Origin: Camelus ferus
Lineage: Eukaryota
DNA length: 64,000 nucleotides
Assembly: GCF_009834535.1 (NCBI RefSeq)
Contig: NC_045705.1
Coordinates: 55,366,001-55,430,000, forward strand
Direction: 5' to 3'
Shown: piece after piece, positions 61,410 to 64,000 of the stretch
Numbering within the stretch: the stretch's first letter is position 1
How the letters are laid out: each line of letters begins with the position of its first letter
Notes under the pieces: model-generated
Told to the model about the DNA's origin: nothing
The model's database searches: none
Seen by the model: the letters and a program-made list of their open reading frames with translations, nothing else
Translations under genes and position numbers: made by a program

Positions 61410-62549
61410 CCTTCACTAAGAGGAAAAATATTCAAGGTTACTATTCTTAATAAACTCACTGACAGTGGTGGAAAAGGAGTATCCAGATTAATGATATTGA
61501 AAGTAGGGGAAACCATCATCTTTATTACTCTCATCGCAGCACTAACATTTGTTGGACATTTCTAATGAAATAGGAACTGTGATAACACTTCTGTTTGTTA
61601 ACTCAGTTAATCATCTCAAGAACTCCATAAGGTGGTCATATTAAAGGAGAAGGACATGAGAGAAAATTAAGGCCTTGATCATTATCTTCCATCTTGTAAG
61701 TCATGGAACTGGACAAGAAGAGAGCTATTTGATATCACAGCCTGGTTCTTAAGTTTGAGTTTGCTAATGGGTTGTTTTCTTTAGAGACCAAATGTATAGA
61801 CTCAGAGTAGTGGTTTTTAGGCATGCAGTCATTTTAGGTAATAGATTATAGAATATATTTTTCTATATATATATAAAGTCCTATTCAAGGACTTTAGAAT
61901 TCATGAAGTACTCCAAAATATCATTTAATTTGTATTAAAATATCTGAGGTCAGATAGTATATCCATTTTATAGTCCAGAAAGTGATGTGTGAAATGGTAG
62001 TGTTTGTGTAAAGCCAAGAAATAAATTTAATCCTGACTTCTAAAATTATTAAGCTGTCATAGTAACCTAGAAGGATACTGTATAAAACAAAAGCTGTGGT
62101 GTCTATGGGTTTGCATTTTAACACCCAAACCTGACCAGGAGAATGTTCTTGAACATGATGTATTGGGTACTGATAGTGAGATTACTTTATCAACTTAGCA
62201 ATGAAATAGCTTCAACCTTACAAAAAAGTGCAATTAGAAATATTGCTTCTAACTGTCCAAGGAAGGAACAAAGATATATACCAATGCCTAAATCATTGTC
62301 AATATACGTATCTCCCACAGAAACCAAGCATGTTATATTTTCCATTTATGCCACCAGTTTATCCTGAGAACTTGATACTTAATAGGCACTCAGTATATAT
62401 ATATTTAAATGAGCAAACATTGAAGGAGGATTAAGCAGTTTACATGTCCATGATTTTTGTATTATTCATGAGGAGCTTAGAGCTACTGACAGACAAGTAT
62501 GTTAAAAATGTAAAAGAATGATGGTGGGAGTGGGGGCAGAAATAATCAT

Positions 62550-63500
62550 TTCAAAAAATAAAGAGAAGAAATAAAGAATATTTTATTAAAGTCAAAATCA
62601 AGTAAATAAAATCACGAGTATCCGAAAACATGAAAAAGACAATTCATACATATCTGTAAACACAATAATTATATTGTTGATTAAAATAGGAATTCTCAGA
62701 ATAAATTTTTAAAAACTATTTAGTATCTATTTTAAAAACACTTAATATATAAAATTTGAAAAAAATGAATAGAATAAATCAGATATTCCTACTGAGGCAA
62801 AACAATTTAATAATATCAATATCAAATATTTATAAAGCATCAATTCAATTAGAAAAGATAATTATACAATGATGAAAGGAACCATTAATAGGATAATAAA
62901 ATATCTGTGACTTACCTGAACCTTAACACAAACTTTTACCCTGAAAGAAATTCAAGTAGAGAATTACAAATTCAAAGTTGTGGTAAAAATGTTTAAAATA
63001 TATTTCTTGAAATATATTTCTTGAACATATTAACAAAAATTATATAGTAATTACATATATTATATATAGTATAATTATAAAAATAATATAATAATTATAT
63101 AGATTTGACAGCACTATTAACAATTTTGTACCAAATAATTTATATTTAAACCCATATGCAAAAAATAAGATTACAGAACATTTTAAGCATACAGGTATGT
63201 ATATCAGGCAAGTTCTAATCAGAAGTGAGAAGAAAAAATAAATATAATAGATATCATAAAGCAAAATAAAAAACAACATTAATAACCATAAAAGAAAAAA
63301 AGAAATGCATATATTTGGATTTAGTAATTAATTCAAAATGATGACTGGATCAAATATAAAATAATAACAAAAATCACAAAAGGTAAAGAATAGAAAACAA
63401 CAAGAAACTTAAAAGTTTAGGGATATGGTTAAGTGATATTTAATAAATCTATAACATTAAATGCATATATTGCGAACAAAAACATGTTTATGGATTAGTA
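62550..63500 (+). mobile_element. Highly degraded L1 (ORF2 endonuclease region), very AT-rich
   Basis: 'aatgatgaaaggaaccattaataggataataaaatatc', 'aattcaagtagagaattacaaattcaaagttgtgg' resemble L1 EN-coding sequence. Confidence 0.45.
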
Positions 63501-64000
63501 TACTAATCACTTGATGCAAGAATTATAATAACTACCTTCAGGTTGAATGAAGAAAACAGAATAAAAATAAGACAATAATGTAATGGAAAACATATTAGGA
63601 ATTCTCTGAAAATGAAACTTTATTTAAAGGGAGTCTTAAAATAGACAAAACCTAAGAAAGTATTCAACGGAAAACAGAAATAAAAAAATTGAGACTTGGC
63701 ATGTAAAAAAGTTATTTAAAAATACTGAAGAGTATAATGAGTTATTTTAGGATTCAAAATTGAACATTTAGAGACGATATAGTATTTTAAAGTGTGTACA
63801 AAGCAGACTAATAAATTTAAACAGAAGTTGGAAATATACACACTACCAGAAAAGTTTGCCAGAGAATTTAAGATATAACTTTCAAATTATACCTTAAAGG
63901 GTAATCTACTTCTTGAGAGCTGTAATTACTCTCCTGTGTATGTTATTTAAGAAATCACAAAAAAGAGGAAAACTTTCCATCTACCAAACTAAGATAATTT

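Noticed and set aside
62910-62920. Perfect minus-strand donor CAG|GTAAGT 1.5 kb upstream of OR56B2
   Set aside because: Lies in degraded L1 sequence with no nearby O/E sites or acceptor; cannot be distinguished from chance.
62997-63024. 14-bp tandem duplication AATATATTTCTTGA x2
   Set aside because: Ordinary slippage in extremely AT-rich DNA.
1-64000. CRISPR arrays, tRNA or rRNA genes, multi-exon non-OR genes, intact transposase or retroviral ORFs
   Set aside because: None seen; no regularly spaced repeats, and all long ORFs are ORs or their shadows.

Overview
This is AT-rich, L1-rich mammalian genomic DNA from the class I olfactory receptor (OR) cluster. It holds six single-exon OR loci. 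By recalled similarity to human proteins these are OR52E5 (-), OR52E4 (-), OR52N2 (-), OR52N1 (+), OR52N5 (+) and OR56B2 (-), in the same order and relative orientation as human chr11p15.4 read in reverse. Only the OR56B locus looks cleanly intact. OR52N2 is open but has radical changes at conserved residues. OR52E5 is a full-length ORF that hides two compensating frameshifts. OR52E4, OR52N1 and OR52N5 are disrupted. The rest is L1, L2, MIR, ERV LTR, MER5A, Tigger1 and Charlie1 relics, microsatellites and a 129-N gap. A young L1 3' end and the absence of Alu, Bov-tA, CHR, PRE1 and Can-SINE elements suggest a camelid. I did not find a convincing new biological system. The best leads are: (1) the cryptic OR52E5 pseudogene with a fossil C-terminal tail; (2) upstream ATGs in the last-exon leader of all three OR52N paralogs, with a tandem-acceptor switch in OR52N2; (3) a dense O/E-site cluster and a 38-nt micro-exon upstream of OR52N5; (4) a ~300-bp L1 micro-inversion with a 32-bp inverted duplication; (5) a poly(A)-only retroinsertion with a 15-bp TSD. 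Gene and repeat names come from memory, not database searches, and repeat boundaries are approximate.
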